DNA of 64,000 nt from Leucoraja erinacea (lineage: Eukaryota). A model generated the notes under the pieces. That model did no database searches. It was not told where the DNA came from and saw only the letters and a list, made by a program, of their open reading frames with translations. This document shows, piece by piece, positions 25,126-37,432 of this stretch. Position 1 is the stretch's first letter. The number at the start of each line of letters is the position of its first letter. A program made the translations under genes and the position numbers. The stretch covers positions 33,790,001 through 33,854,000 of the forward strand of contig NC_073383.1 in the NCBI RefSeq assembly GCF_028641065.1. The letters run 5' to 3'.

Positions 25126-26115
25126 CAAAGCATCATCTTTCACCTTTATTTTTGCAGCAGTCGGGGTAGTGCGAACAGATTGCTGTTCACTCTCAAGTTG
25201 GTTCAATTGATTTTTTAGTTTTTCATTCTGGCCCTCCTGTCTGGATAATTCACCCTCCAAACGCTCAACTTCGACTTGTAGATTCATACTCTTCTGCTTC
25301 AGTGTCTGAAGCAGACAATCACGCTCCAGAAGGTCAGAGTGTAAGGTTTTTAATTCATCATTACATTTTTGGAACAGAGCTGTTTTGTCTGCCAGTTCCT
25401 GTTCAAGCTCCATGATTCTATTTGGAAATAATCTTATATCTTTTAACTCTTCCTGTCTTTGTTTCTCAATCATTTGCAGCAGCTTCTCCTTTTCATTCTG
25501 AGCATCTTCCAGTTCTTGGACGCGTGATGAGAGAAGAGATACATCAGCATCTCTTTGGGAAATGTGAATCTTCAACAAACTGTTATCCTCCTGAAGACCA
25601 TTGGATTGCAGCTGAAGTGACGCGAACTCCTGCTGCTGCTGCTGATTCATCTCCTGCAGGTTTTGAAGGCTTGTTTGCAAAACTTCCAACTTCTCTTGGA
25701 AACAAACTTCATTTTTATCCAAGAGCTGCAGAAAACCTTCTCTAGTTATTGTCTCAGTCTGATCCTGAAACTCTGTTGTGTGCATATAAAGATCTTTTTT
25801 GTAGTCTCCAGCACCTCTGTTATCTACTGACTTAAATGCCAGCTCCTGTTGCAGATTGTCATGAAGTCCTCTGGAGAATGTCGTATTTGGTCCAGAGCCT
25901 TTCTCCATGCTGAAAATATCAAGTTCTTCCTGAGAATCACTGACTTCATGGCAATTTGGACCCAACAGTGACAGTTCTTGCTGCAGTTTCTCTATAACCT
26001 CAATGAGGTGCTCAATCTCCTCTTCTTTTGCCTGACGTAGTCTTTCTTGGTCAATAGTAAGTTGTTCAATTTGTGTTTTCAGCTCTTCAATTTCATCATT
26101 TTTCTCTTCAAATGC
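25126..26115 (-). CDS. PCNT: Large PCNT exon (AFEEKNDEIEELK...VKDDAL), 990 nt, phase 0/0
   Basis: Acceptor tttatttcag; donor TTG|gtgagt (an in-frame alternative would end the exon at 25144); core of ORF 25033..26226. Confidence 0.88.
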
Positions 26116-26781
26116 CTGAAATAAAAAGACAATCACTTCACTGACGTATATCACTTTAGCAAAAAATAATTTTCCTATTATTGTCCCCTTTTGACGCATC
26201 ATTTTGCCCTTCAGTCTCCTGATCATTTCTGCCTTCTAGCCAATCATAAACTTTCTCTTTGATTTTTTACAACCCTTTATCCTCCCAAATACTCCTTTCC
26301 ATCTCTCATATTTGCTTTTAAATTGTTAAAATCAGCAATGTATTCACCATTTAATGTAACCTGAAAGATAAATTCAGAATATCCATTAATAGATGCTGTT
26401 TGACTTGCTGGTCGCTTCCATATTTTCTATCTTTACTCCCAATGCAGTGCATGTTTGAATGTTATAAATATACTGACCAAGGTCATCAAAATGACTAAGG
26501 AAGTAAAAAACTATTCACATTCATCATTACCAAATAACTAATTGGCTATAAACAGCTTTTGGGAGACATTGAAACCATAAAAGAGATCCAGATCCTTCCT
26601 TTCTCATGAGGAGAATGCAGTGATTCAGAATTAGAATAGTGAAAGCTGGATAATTGAAGGATAGTTCAACTCAATACAATGAATTACTTAAAATATATTT
26701 TAACTAAAGAGCTTTATTAATTGCAAACCTAACTGTCATGAAGTGCAATAAACAAGCTGTTGGTAACATAGTCATGGTTAC

Positions 26782-26952
26782 CTTGTTGTCTAAAGTATTT
26801 TCCATTTCCTTCTGCAGCTTGAAGATCTGTTCCTTTAGCTCATCAATTTCCTGGTTCTTCTCCTGCAGCAACGCTTGGGGCAGCTGTAATCCTGATGCTT
26901 TGCCATTATCTACTTCCAAGCCTAAGCGCATATGGAGACTGGCCACATCTTC
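26782..26952 (-). CDS. PCNT: PCNT exon (EDVASLH...LLQEKNQEIDELKEQI...LDNK), 171 nt, phase 0/0
   Basis: Acceptor ccacatacag; donor AAG|gtaacc. Confidence 0.85.
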
Positions 26953-27145
26953 CTGTATGTGGAATTGTTAGGAAGATGTGTTGCAGGATGCAAGTCAGAA
27001 TAAACAAGAGATTGTTAGGTAATGGTACTAAACAATGAAACAGTATCAATCAGTTATTTAGTTATACACCCATTATGAATTGAAGGTATTTTTGTTGACT
27101 AGATTCAGGGTGGGGAAAAAACAAAACAAACAAAAAAAAACTTGC

Positions 27146-27298
27146 CTTCACACGGATGTTCTCCTCATGGAGCTGGTTGATTGTTATTGCCGACTGCTTT
27201 GTTTGGATTTCCAGCTGCATGTTCAATTGCAGCATCTCATCATTTTTATTCATCAAATTTTCTCTGAATTGATCGAGCTGCTCCTCAAGGATTTGGAT
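27146..27298 (-). CDS. PCNT: PCNT exon (IQILEEQL...NKNDEMLQLNMQLEIQ...NIRVK), 153 nt, GC donor
   Basis: Acceptor ttttctag; donor AAG|gcaagt. Confidence 0.83.
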
Positions 27299-27789
27299 CT
27301 AGAAAACGCCAAAATATACCCCATGTTGCTTAAAGTGAGATTGAATTCTTTACCATACAAATTTCAGTAAACATCTCGTCTTCCTAGAGAATAGGAACAT
27401 ATTACCACGCAAGCTTGCACCACTATTTATTAAAAATTAAAATATCCCAATTCCCTTAATATTTGAAGAAATTAACTAAATGAATGTAAACTTGGAAATG
27501 GAAAACTGAAGGATTGTGTGAAAGAAACAACATGTAACTATATATATCAACCTCATTAAAGCCAATAAATTATTTCTGGTGATTTTTTTAGCCACATATA
27601 GTAGCCAATTTACTACCTAAAGTTCCAAAATCAAGTCAAAAAGTCAATGATGATCTCACTGTGCTATTGGTTGCATAGGATGAGAGGATTAGAAATTATA
27701 GTGCTGGTAATCAGATTCTAGAAAGTATTAAATCACACTGTTGTACTGTGATAAATAGCTCTGCACACAATCAGAGGCAGAGCGAAGCA

Positions 27790-28900
27790 TAGATAAACAG
27801 TCAGAGCTTATACCCCAGAAAGGGAAATAACAAATACTGGAGAGCATAGCCTGAAGGTAAAGGCAAAGTTTAAAGAAGATGTGCGGGCAAGTTTTTTTTA
27901 CACAGAATGTGATGAATGCCGTGGTGGAGCGCTTACGATAGTGGCATTTAAGAGACTTTTAGATAACCACATAGTAAGTTATACACGGAATGGACAGATA
28001 TGGATTTTGTGCAGGCATATAAGGTTTGGCCTTGGCATCATGTTCGCCACAGTCAGTGTGGGCCTCGGGCTGGTTCCTGTGCTGTACTGTTCATTGTTCT
28101 GTGTTGATCATCATCGGCAAGTTAGTCTGTGACCAAATGGTCTATCCTAAGTCTTTATAGATAATATAATTACTAAGTCCCTTTCTGTGGCAACTTGCAA
28201 ACTTGGCATGACACACTGATCTGTTCTGCATTATGCCTACAATATTCTGTTGTTCTTCAGCAAGCAAGAACTTCATTAATGCTCACAGAAGCACGTGTGT
28301 TGAGATAAAGCATGCATCACTTAATTTAGTTTTTGGCATCGCTTAATTTAGATTTTTGGTCAGTAACATAATCAAACAATATAGACTGGGACTGTCAGGG
28401 TGCCAAGAACTTAGACAGGGCATAATTTGTCAAATGTGTTCAGGATAATTTCCTCAGGCAATATGTAGTGGGCCCTACATGGGAGAGGGCAAGACTTGAT
28501 CTAGCCATAGGAAATTGGGAGGGGCAAATGGTTGGCATGTTCGTGGACAAGCATTTTAGGACCAGTGACCACTGTCTATTAGCTTTAAGATAGTTATGGA
28601 TAGAGATAGGGCGGACCCATGAGTTAAAATTCAAAATAGGGGCAAGGCCAACTTTGAAGGTATGCAAAGAGAAATTTGTTTAAACAGAGAATGATTATGA
28701 CCTGGAACTCACCGTCTCCAAGGATGACAGAAACAGCCAATCAGGATTTTCAAAGGAACTGGTCAGACAGTTGTGGAAAAATAAATTGCAGACCTACAGT
28801 CTGTTATTGGGGAAACAGAGAAGAATGGACTGGTGTGCAAGGAGCCAGCAAGGATTAAGTAGGCCCTATTTAATTCTTATTTTCCTCTTTATTATTCTAT
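27790..28900 (+). mobile_element. Decayed CR1 fragments
   Basis: CR1 3' end at 27790-28105; APE-region piece at 28380-28670. Confidence 0.6.
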
Positions 28901-29499
28901 GATTCCATTAGATTCATGTTGGATAACTAATGAGGCCATATAAGGTCCCAAACCAACTTTGTGCAATCGACTAAAGAACAGAGAGAATATTGAGATGTGT
29001 ACAGTATCAATATTATATCCTCAATAACTGCTGACCTGAAATTCTGAAAATAATTCCTTTGTTTATTACCTTAGTTCCTTATGGTTTTATTGGTGTCTGA
29101 TCAACAAATTAAGCACTGAACTTCCAGTGGCCTTTCACTTGATTTCTCCATCCAACTCCCATCTTTTGCACTATTCCAATCTCATGAAGTTATCAACTGG
29201 AAGCATTAACTCTGGTTCTCTCTTCACAGATGCTACCCGACCTGCTGAGTCTCGCTGAGAATTTTTTGAATCTGATTTCTCAAAATTAATTCTCTTTTTA
29301 CTTTGAGGTACGGTTTGTTCCAGATTTTCAGGAATTATTAATTAGAGAAGGACATCGGATTAAGTTTACAAACCGAATAAGTTGATTCCCCGATTGCAAA
29401 CTCATTTCATTGGTAGCAATCATGTTGCCTCTGGTTAGGACACCCTAATTAAACTATTATACATTGGAATTAATAATAAATTGTTTCCCTCAATTCTAC

Positions 29500-29670
29500 C
29501 TCATCCTCCTTAGTCTGGAGAGCTTGTCGTTCATCCAGTAACTGCTCCTTTAGTGTCTGACCAGAAAGCCCTTCAGTGGGTACTCTATGTCTCGCTTCAT
29601 CCAGTTTTGACTGTAGAGAAGAGATCTGCATCAGATTACTGTACTGCTGTTGCTGTAAAGATTCTTTGTC
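29500..29670 (-). CDS. PCNT: PCNT exon (DKESLQQQQYSNLMQISSLQSKLDE...TKEDE), 171 nt, phase 0/0
   Basis: Acceptor tttttgacag; donor GAG|gtagaa; translated by hand. Confidence 0.87.
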
Positions 29671-29914
29671 CTGTCAAAAACACAATAAATATATTAGTTC
29701 AGCTAATGCCTTTTTAAAGAAAAATATTCTATTTAGTTGGATTAATTTTGTTCTTATGTATTCTGTGCATTTCAATTTAAATCAACACAAGAATGAGGAG
29801 CAGGAGCTGGCCACACTACTGCTCCACTATTTAATATGATCATGATCACAGCAACCTCTGCGCCACATTCCCTTCTACCCAGATAAATCTTTCACCTGCT
29901 GAGGGAGGCAGAGG

Positions 29915-30205
29915 AGCAATTTGGGATTGCAAGGAATCCATAGACTGAGCAATGTTCAAGGACTTGGCAACAGACCTGAATGAATGCACCACAGTTGTTA
30001 CTGACTTCATAAGAAAACGTGTGGAGGAGTGTGTTTCCTGCAAAACCATCCAATTTTGCCCCCCAACAAGCCGCCTCTGATGAACCAGGTTAGATGTAAT
30101 TTTAGCCGGGACTCTGGTTTAGATATCTGCCTGACCCGCTGAGTTCCTCCTGCACTTTGTGTTTTGCTCAGGATTCCAGCATCTGAAGTTTCATGTGTCT
30201 TTAAT
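29915..30205 (+). mobile_element. Rex1/Babar fragment followed by a Penelope tail
   Basis: MFKDLATDLNECTTVVTDFIRKRVEECV remnant; then ctgcctgacccgctgagttcctcc. Confidence 0.6.
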
Positions 30206-31534
30206 AGCTTGCGGTTTGTTGGTAATTGAAAGAAATTGAATACTATGTAGTTGATGCACAGGTCGATGAAAGTATTCATAGTTTCAAAATCTAATGCCAT
30301 AAAAGGTTTTTTTTAAACTCAAGACAAGTCAACGTGAACAGGATGTAATGGAGCAAATCACAATTAGCTTTTGCAGTAAGTGCACAGTCTTTCTTTGCAA
30401 TTAAGATAATATTTACTCTAGGAAACTAAGTTGGTGTTTTCAAAAGTGAGGGGCGATTTTTGATTTTTAGGCATTGTTCTATTCTGTCTGGATTTTTCAC
30501 ATTCTCAATCTATTTAGCCTGGAGGATTATCCAATACATATGGTATTCAGGAACCATCATAAGTTATAAATAAGGAATTCAGTTCTAAGTCCACCTAGGT
30601 ATTATTATCAGTAGCTATCTAATCAGCAACAACAAGGCTTAAATCTGCAGTAATTTAAAATAATGGGAGATTAATTTGCTCAGTGCAATTTCTTAACATT
30701 TCAAATGTGGGGGAGGGCACGATGATATAACACTCCCTTGCATTGTAAATCTTAGTAAGAATGATTAAGCATTTAAGACACTCACTTATTTTTTACCTGT
30801 ACTTCACATACGACAATGAACTCTATTTAACACTATCATATGTATCTTGGTCACTTAGATTAACATATCATTGTCCCACACCCAAGCTATTTTCCAGCAG
30901 CCAAAAAAATGTCTCCCTTGGATTGACTGCGGGATGTAGAATTATGAGAGGTATAAGCAGTGGACTGCACACAACTTTTCCGCATATCAAAAATTGACAA
31001 CACAAGAGAACATAGAGTTACGAAAAGGAGAAAGTGATTCAGAGAGGAGACAAGAGGGCTTTCTCATCCAGAAAGCGATGAATAACTGGAATGCACTGCA
31101 TGTGAGTGGTGAAAGCAGGATCCCCGACAGTACTTAAGACATTTCTAGAATGAATCATTTAGACATAGAAGACATGGGCCAACAGCTAGGAGACGGAATT
31201 AGTGCAGACGGATGCCCACTATTTGCCACAGATGCAATAGACTAAATGGTCTGGTTTCATACGATCTCTGTGATTGTTAAGTAAATATCTAGCTGCTTTT
31301 TGACACCATAATTTCTTTAAAGTTTAAGACTATACCAGTTGAGATTTAGCTGATAGAAATTATTGGCTTTGAACTCTTTTTTGATTAATTTTAAGGAACT
31401 AATACCAAGATGTCACAATTTAAAGGGAACATCAGTTCCCATAAACCCTCCTCTCCCGACCCCCAGAAATGTCCTATATACCAACTGTTTTGAAGTAAAT
31501 CTTTGGAAAGATATAATTACTGATCCCCAATTAC

Positions 31535-31771
31535 CTGTGATAATTCTTCCTCTCTTCGTCTCATCTTCTGGATCTCCTGCTCAAGCTGACCAATTCGTTT
31601 TTCTGTAACTGCATGCAAACATGCGGCCTCCTCGAGCTCTTTTACCTGTGCTTCCAATTTTACTATTTCTTCACTTTGCTCCTGCATTTCTCGCTCTAGG
31701 CATTCCTTAGTGAGCAACAACTCACTGTAATCATCCGACTTTGACCGAATCTGTGCCTCCATTGTTTCCAT
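31535..31771 (-). CDS. PCNT: PCNT exon (METMEAQI...EEELSQ), 237 nt, phase 0/0
   Basis: Acceptor ctttcctcttaag; donor CAG|gtaatt. Confidence 0.87.
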
Positions 31772-32743
31772 CTTAAGAGGAAAGTGCATAAATATTCAAT
31801 TGGTGAGGTGTACATGGAGAGTTCTTACAATACTTTCCATATTGGTTGATTGAAGTCTTCTTGAAACCGGATATCTGCTTAAACCTTGTACATTGTATAT
31901 ACATTCGAAATGGTTATACAATAGAGGTAAATTTCATCATTTAGTAAAGAAGTGAATCTGATATGAACTGGTTATGTAGATTTAGAATAACACAACTAAT
32001 ACAAAATATTAATGCTAGCATTTATATCAAGAGGACTAGAATACAAAAACAGAGATGTAATGCTGAGGCTCTATAGGCGCTGGTCAGGCCGCATTTGGAG
32101 TACTGTGAGCAAATTTGGGCCCCATATCCGAGGAAGGATGTACTGGCTCTGGAGATTTGAGGAGATATTCAAGAATGATTCCAGGCATGAGTGGGTTAGC
32201 ATAAACTTTCACTACACCTGCAACAAAATTCACTGCAGCAATCAAAGGCCCCCGATCCACAGTTACACTATTTGGAAGAACAATTCAACTTAAATGTGAG
32301 AAAATAAGTATCTCTCCCGATGTAAAGAGAATTCCTGCCACCGGATACCGGGAAAAAAGTGGAAGGTATGGGAATGGAGAGATTGCTCTGCTGCCGGAAA
32401 TGGCATGGATCCAAAGGGTCAAATGTCTCCAACGGGCCAAATATCTCCTGTGTCGTAATAAGAAAGAAACACATTATTGCGACTAGAAAATATTTAACTG
32501 CATCTTCATTGTTGCTATATCTGATCATTGGAAGGATGCTTCAAAGGATCTACTTGACAGCACTGCAAAAGCAACATTATTAGACAGACTGCAAAAATTT
32601 AAGCACGTACGTAACGTGTACAAAATCATGAGAGGAATAAATCGAGTAGATGCACAGTCTCTTGCCCAGAATAAGGGAATCGAGAACCAGATGGCATAAG
32701 TTTAAGATGAAGGGGAGAGATTTGAGAGGAACCCTGAACTTAT

Positions 32744-33345
32744 TTTATTTACACAAAATGCAGTAAACCCTAATTGTTACGGACCTCTTTAAAACAGACT
32801 TCACATATAACAGAAAGAGATTTCCAATTAGTTCTATTTCCCTGTTTTTCATATCCCTGCACACTTTTTCCTTTTCAGCTATAGCACCAACGTGCAAATT
32901 ATTACCCAATCTGCCTAAATCAAGCAGTGTATTAGAACTTGCCAGTGCATCAAAAAGAATAAATAAATACCTCCCTCTTTTGCCAAACATTTGAAGTCTG
33001 GAAATTTGGTTATGAATCCATTTATCAGATGAATTAGTTTTGTACTTCGTACTTTTGGAAAGTAAATTTATATGCCAAAACTTCAAACAAGCTCTTGACG
33101 ATTTATAATTAACAGACTGTAAATTTAAGACTGATCCGATGTCCCAGAATTTTTTTTTACAGAATTGTAGAGCTGATATAAACATGGTTAACAGGTACGG
33201 CACTGGGGCGTTTAGAAATATTTAATGAAGCAAAACCCTTGTGATTAACTGAGTTAGATAGACTAACGCGTATTATTTTACACAAGGAACCACTGACATG
33301 ACGATATTTTTCCAAATTCGGGAATAACCAGAATCTATAACATGG
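32744..33345 (-). mobile_element. Possible decayed L1/Tx1-clade ORF2 fragment
   Basis: AT-rich coding-like ORF 32745..33203 with weak resemblance to the zf-RVT region. Confidence 0.3.
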
Positions 33346-33419
33346 AAATAGGGGAACAAGGAAGAGCAGATGCTGGTTTACATAAAAAGACACAAAGTGT
33401 TCAAATAACTCAGTGGGTC

Positions 33420-34135
33420 GGAAGACTGGAGGTGGCAAATATTTTGCCTCTATTTAAGAAGAGTTGCAAGGAAAAGCCTGGGAACTATAGACCATTGAGC
33501 CTAATGTCCATGGTAGTCTAGTTACTTTTGCCATATTGGCCTCCATCAGTCAGGGTATTGAGTATAGAAGTTGAGATGTTATATTACAGTTGTACAAGAC
33601 GTTGGTGAGGTCACATTTGGAGTATTATGTTCAGTTTTAGTCACCCTGTTATAGGAAAGATTTTGTTAAGCTGGGAAGAGTGCAGAAAAGATTTTTACAA
33701 GGCTGTTCCCAGGGCTTCAGGGCTTGAGATATAGGGAGAGATCAGGCAGGCTAGGACTTTATTCCTTGTAACGCAGGAGGACGAGGGGTGATCTAATAGA
33801 GGTATATAAGATTATAAGGAGAATAGATAGGGTAGATGCACAGTCTATTCTCCAAGGTAGGGGAATCAAAGACCATAGGTTTAAGGTGAGAGAAAGATTT
33901 AATAGAAACCCGAGGGGTCACTTTTTCGTACAGAGGATGATGGGTATATGGAACGAGTGCCTGAGGAGGTAGTTTAGCCAGCTATTATAACAACACTTAA
34001 GACATTTGGACAGGTATATGAATAGGAAATGTTTAGAAGCATATGGGCCAAACGAGGCGACGTCGGACCAGTGTCAAGCATTGAATTTGTCGGCAGGTCT
34101 GAATGCAAAAGTTGGGCCGACAGTGTGTGACTATA
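33420..34135 (+). mobile_element. CR1 ORF2 fragments and 3' end
   Basis: DWRWQ...PGNYRP and LVRSHLEYYVQF remnants. Confidence 0.75.
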
Positions 34136-35246
34136 ACTAATTATCCGTCTCCAAATCTACTTTGTTGTGGCCATTGCACCTGTTTCTTTCTGCACTGTCT
34201 GTAGCATTAGATTCTGCAATCTGTTTCCTTTCTATTTTGTGCTGTTGTGCTCAAGTACAGTATGTTTAGACTCATTACAATCTGCTCGAATAGTGCACAA
34301 AATAGATTTTTCAAAGTATCTTGCTACAAGTGACAATAATAAACCAATACCAATATTATTCATATACGTGCAGTGAGCAAGAGAGAAACATTCTGGTTAG
34401 CTGCATCTCAGTACAGTGGAGATACTTACGATAATGAGGTACGCTGAATCAAAACCCAAACCAAATCATGTATTTTCATACATTTTCTTATAACATGATC
34501 GGAGGTCGTTCAATCCTTCGAGTCTGTGCTGGTTCAGAATAATCCTCTCGATCCCATTTCACATAATTTATTCTCTCATATGTCCATCTACTCCTGGTTT
34601 TCCTAACCTTAAACCTCCTACACTAAGGGCTGCTTAAAGGACCCAGTTATTCTAACAAGTATATCGTTGAAATACAGAAGTGTATCCAGAAGTGCTGGGA
34701 AAAACCACACAGTTGAAAGAAAATAACAGTTTTTACAAATTCAGCACCAGAAGTCTGGATCATCCCAGAGAGGCAACAACACTACCCGATTCACCACTAT
34801 ACCACCTTAGTCAGATGTTCTTGTATTCCTGACCATTTATTGTTCAAGGTTGAATTGCCTTTTTTCTAATTTTACTGTCTGCTCAAACTAACATCATAAA
34901 TACCCAAGTTGGTCACATTATTAGTATTGAGAGTATGAAAAGCTTTTGAATTTAGATAAGGAATTAAAAGACAAACTTAATTACAACATTAACTAGACAA
35001 GTAAGACAGTAAAGATGCCAAAGAGAAATGATTAGGAGCAAAGTGGCATGCAGCCAGGTTGTTACTGATTGAACAATATTTACTCATACCTGAAGGCTCA
35101 AATAATCGTTCTAAAATATCCATGGTTGGGGGTTGGAGGGGTAGGGTGGTGGAAGAAAGAAAAATTCTGTTTAGAAATAACATGAAATGCAAATAGTGCA
35201 TCTGAATGAGAATAATGTGCAGAAAGTGATCCGCAGGGGCAGATAC

Positions 35247-35366
35247 CTTAGAGACTGTAAAATCAGCAACTCCTTGTGATTTGATTCCTTGTTTTAACTG
35301 CTTCTCCAAATTTTCAATCTCTTGTTGGAATTCATCTCGCTCATGTTCACGCTCAGCTGCTTGCTC
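35247..35366 (-). CDS. PCNT: PCNT exon (EQAAEREHERDEFQQEI...TVSK), 120 nt, phase 0/0
   Basis: Acceptor ttttccactcag; donor AAG|gtatct; highly conserved motif. Confidence 0.9.
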
Positions 35367-35394
35367 CTGAGTGGAAAAGGTCACGTGATTAGAG

Positions 35395-35525
35395 TCCCAG
35401 TCATACAGCATGGAAACAGGCCCTTCAGCCCAACTCGCCCACACCGACCAACATGTTCCACTACACTAGTCCCATTTGCCTGTGTTTGGCCTATAACCCT
35501 CTAAACCTGTCCTATCCATGTACTT
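35395..35525 (-). mobile_element. CR1 3' tail inserted ~30 nt from a PCNT acceptor
   Basis: catacagcatggaaacaggcccttcagcccaac, the same tail as at 9915, 39600, 42412 and 50950. Confidence 0.7.
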
Positions 35526-37199
35526 TCTCAGGAATGATTTTGTGACATTTATATGCTCATACAAGCTCACAGCAAACATATGAGCTGGTAGCTGGTAATA
35601 TATTTAGAAGTGAACAAAAGAAACTGCTGGAAGAACTCAATAAGTCAAATAGCCTCAGGACATGCAGAGTCACAATCTGAAATGTTGACACATCCTTTTT
35701 GCCTCTACTGATGTTGCTTGACCCATTAAGTTCTTCGAGCAATTTATTTTTGGCTCCAAGTTACTCTTCATTTCAAGAGGTAGTAGATAGGTACTTAAGG
35801 ATGATGAACTCAGAGGGTTGCAGACATAAAACAGAGCATATGACAAAGAACAATTGTTTCTCCAAAGATCATGCAAAGGTGTAGTGGATCAGGTCGCCTA
35901 CATTTACTCTACATATCTCAACAATTGTTTGAGTTCTGACTTCTGAATTGTTAGTGTTGTCAGCTACCACGGCTCTTCACTTTGTTTGCCCCTCGATAAT
36001 TGAAAGCTATCTCCCCTTTGTTAGGAAGCATCCAGAATCACCAAAATATTCATGGCTGAACAGAGACCGGCTACTCTCTCTTGTTAGTGTTATTAGTAGC
36101 AGTTTACAATATTTAAAACGTGAAGATGAAAACAATCTGCTTGCACCTTTCCCAAGTTTTTATCAATTGCTGATGCCACCTTTCCTCACTCACTTAAATT
36201 ACCCAGCCTAGGAAAAGGGACATGAAACCAAAGCAAGGCAATGCTACGTAACTCATTCTCAATGACTTGTTACCTTAGTTTTTTCCAATATGCAAGGTAA
36301 TCATTTATCTCTGTGGTCCAACACTCAATAGATAAGCAAATAAAAAAGGGTAAATAAAGAAGAAACAAAGTTGAGAATTAAATGATTGCATAGAGGATGA
36401 ACAGAATATAAATTTCACAAAATCATTCCTGAGAAGGTACATGGATAGAATGGGTTGACAGAAAATTAAACAGGTGCTATTGTTTGTATGATAAATTATA
36501 TCGAGGCCTGATTTCTCCTGCTGGTTCAGATTGTTTTAAGATATGCTATGATACAACCCAAAACAAAGCATTTCTTCAGATATATCTTCAGATATACTTG
36601 ACAGCTTTTCTTCCCTTGAAGTAATGGCACCAACAATGATTTAACATGCAAGGGTGACAACCTCAAGTTTTGATTTTCCACTGCATTTTGATCGCTTTGT
36701 CTTTTGCTCTTAATATTATTCCAACAAAGTCCAACATGAAATAAACGGTATCGTATATTACAGAGCTCAGGTTTCTCCAATACATTCAATAATTTCAGAT
36801 ACCCAACTTTTCCAGTGTGCATTAAAATTAGTTCTGATGAAGTGTTATCAACTTCTCCACATTTTAGCTTTTGACTATTTCTTTTCTATCCCTCAACCCT
36901 TCAGACCAAGGTGACTTATATTTGTTCCCATATTTTTCCTCATAATAGCAACTGTCCATCAAACTAATTCACAGGCTGCAAAGTATTTTGGAGCACCAAC
37001 AGGATACAATTATGATGTCAGCTAAAAATGTTTTTCCTACCTTTCAATTTTAAAACCATGTTTTAGTGAATCAATTAACAAGTTGATATTAGTTCCCTTG
37101 CTTTAAAACAATCTGTATACCATTGAAACAGATCAATATTTGAATATGTAATCTAACTAAGTTGAGTTATTATCACAGCTCACATTCTCTTTTACTTAC

Positions 37200-37432
37200 A
37201 TCCATAAACTGTCGATAATTCTTGAGCTGCTTTTCAAGAGCCTGAACTTGCTGTTGCAGGTCAACAACCTCCAAGTGCCACTTGTCTGACAGCTCAATGT
37301 TGCGGCTGGTCTCCTCCTCCAACTCCACTTCCATTCTCTTTGTCCTTGATAGGAGATCAGCAAGATCCTTTTCTGCCTGACATTGGATGTCTAGCTTCTC
37401 TTTGGCCAAACGCTTCGTCTCCTCCAGTAATC
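37200..37432 (-). CDS. PCNT: PCNT exon (LLEETKRLAKEKLDIQCQAEKD...KNYRQFMD), 233 nt, phase 1/0
   Basis: Acceptor tgtccag; donor GAT|gtaagt. Confidence 0.9.

Noticed and set aside
25033-26226. 397-aa ORF as a stand-alone gene
   Set aside because: Its core is a 990-nt internal exon with clear splice sites; the ORF ends are intronic read-through.
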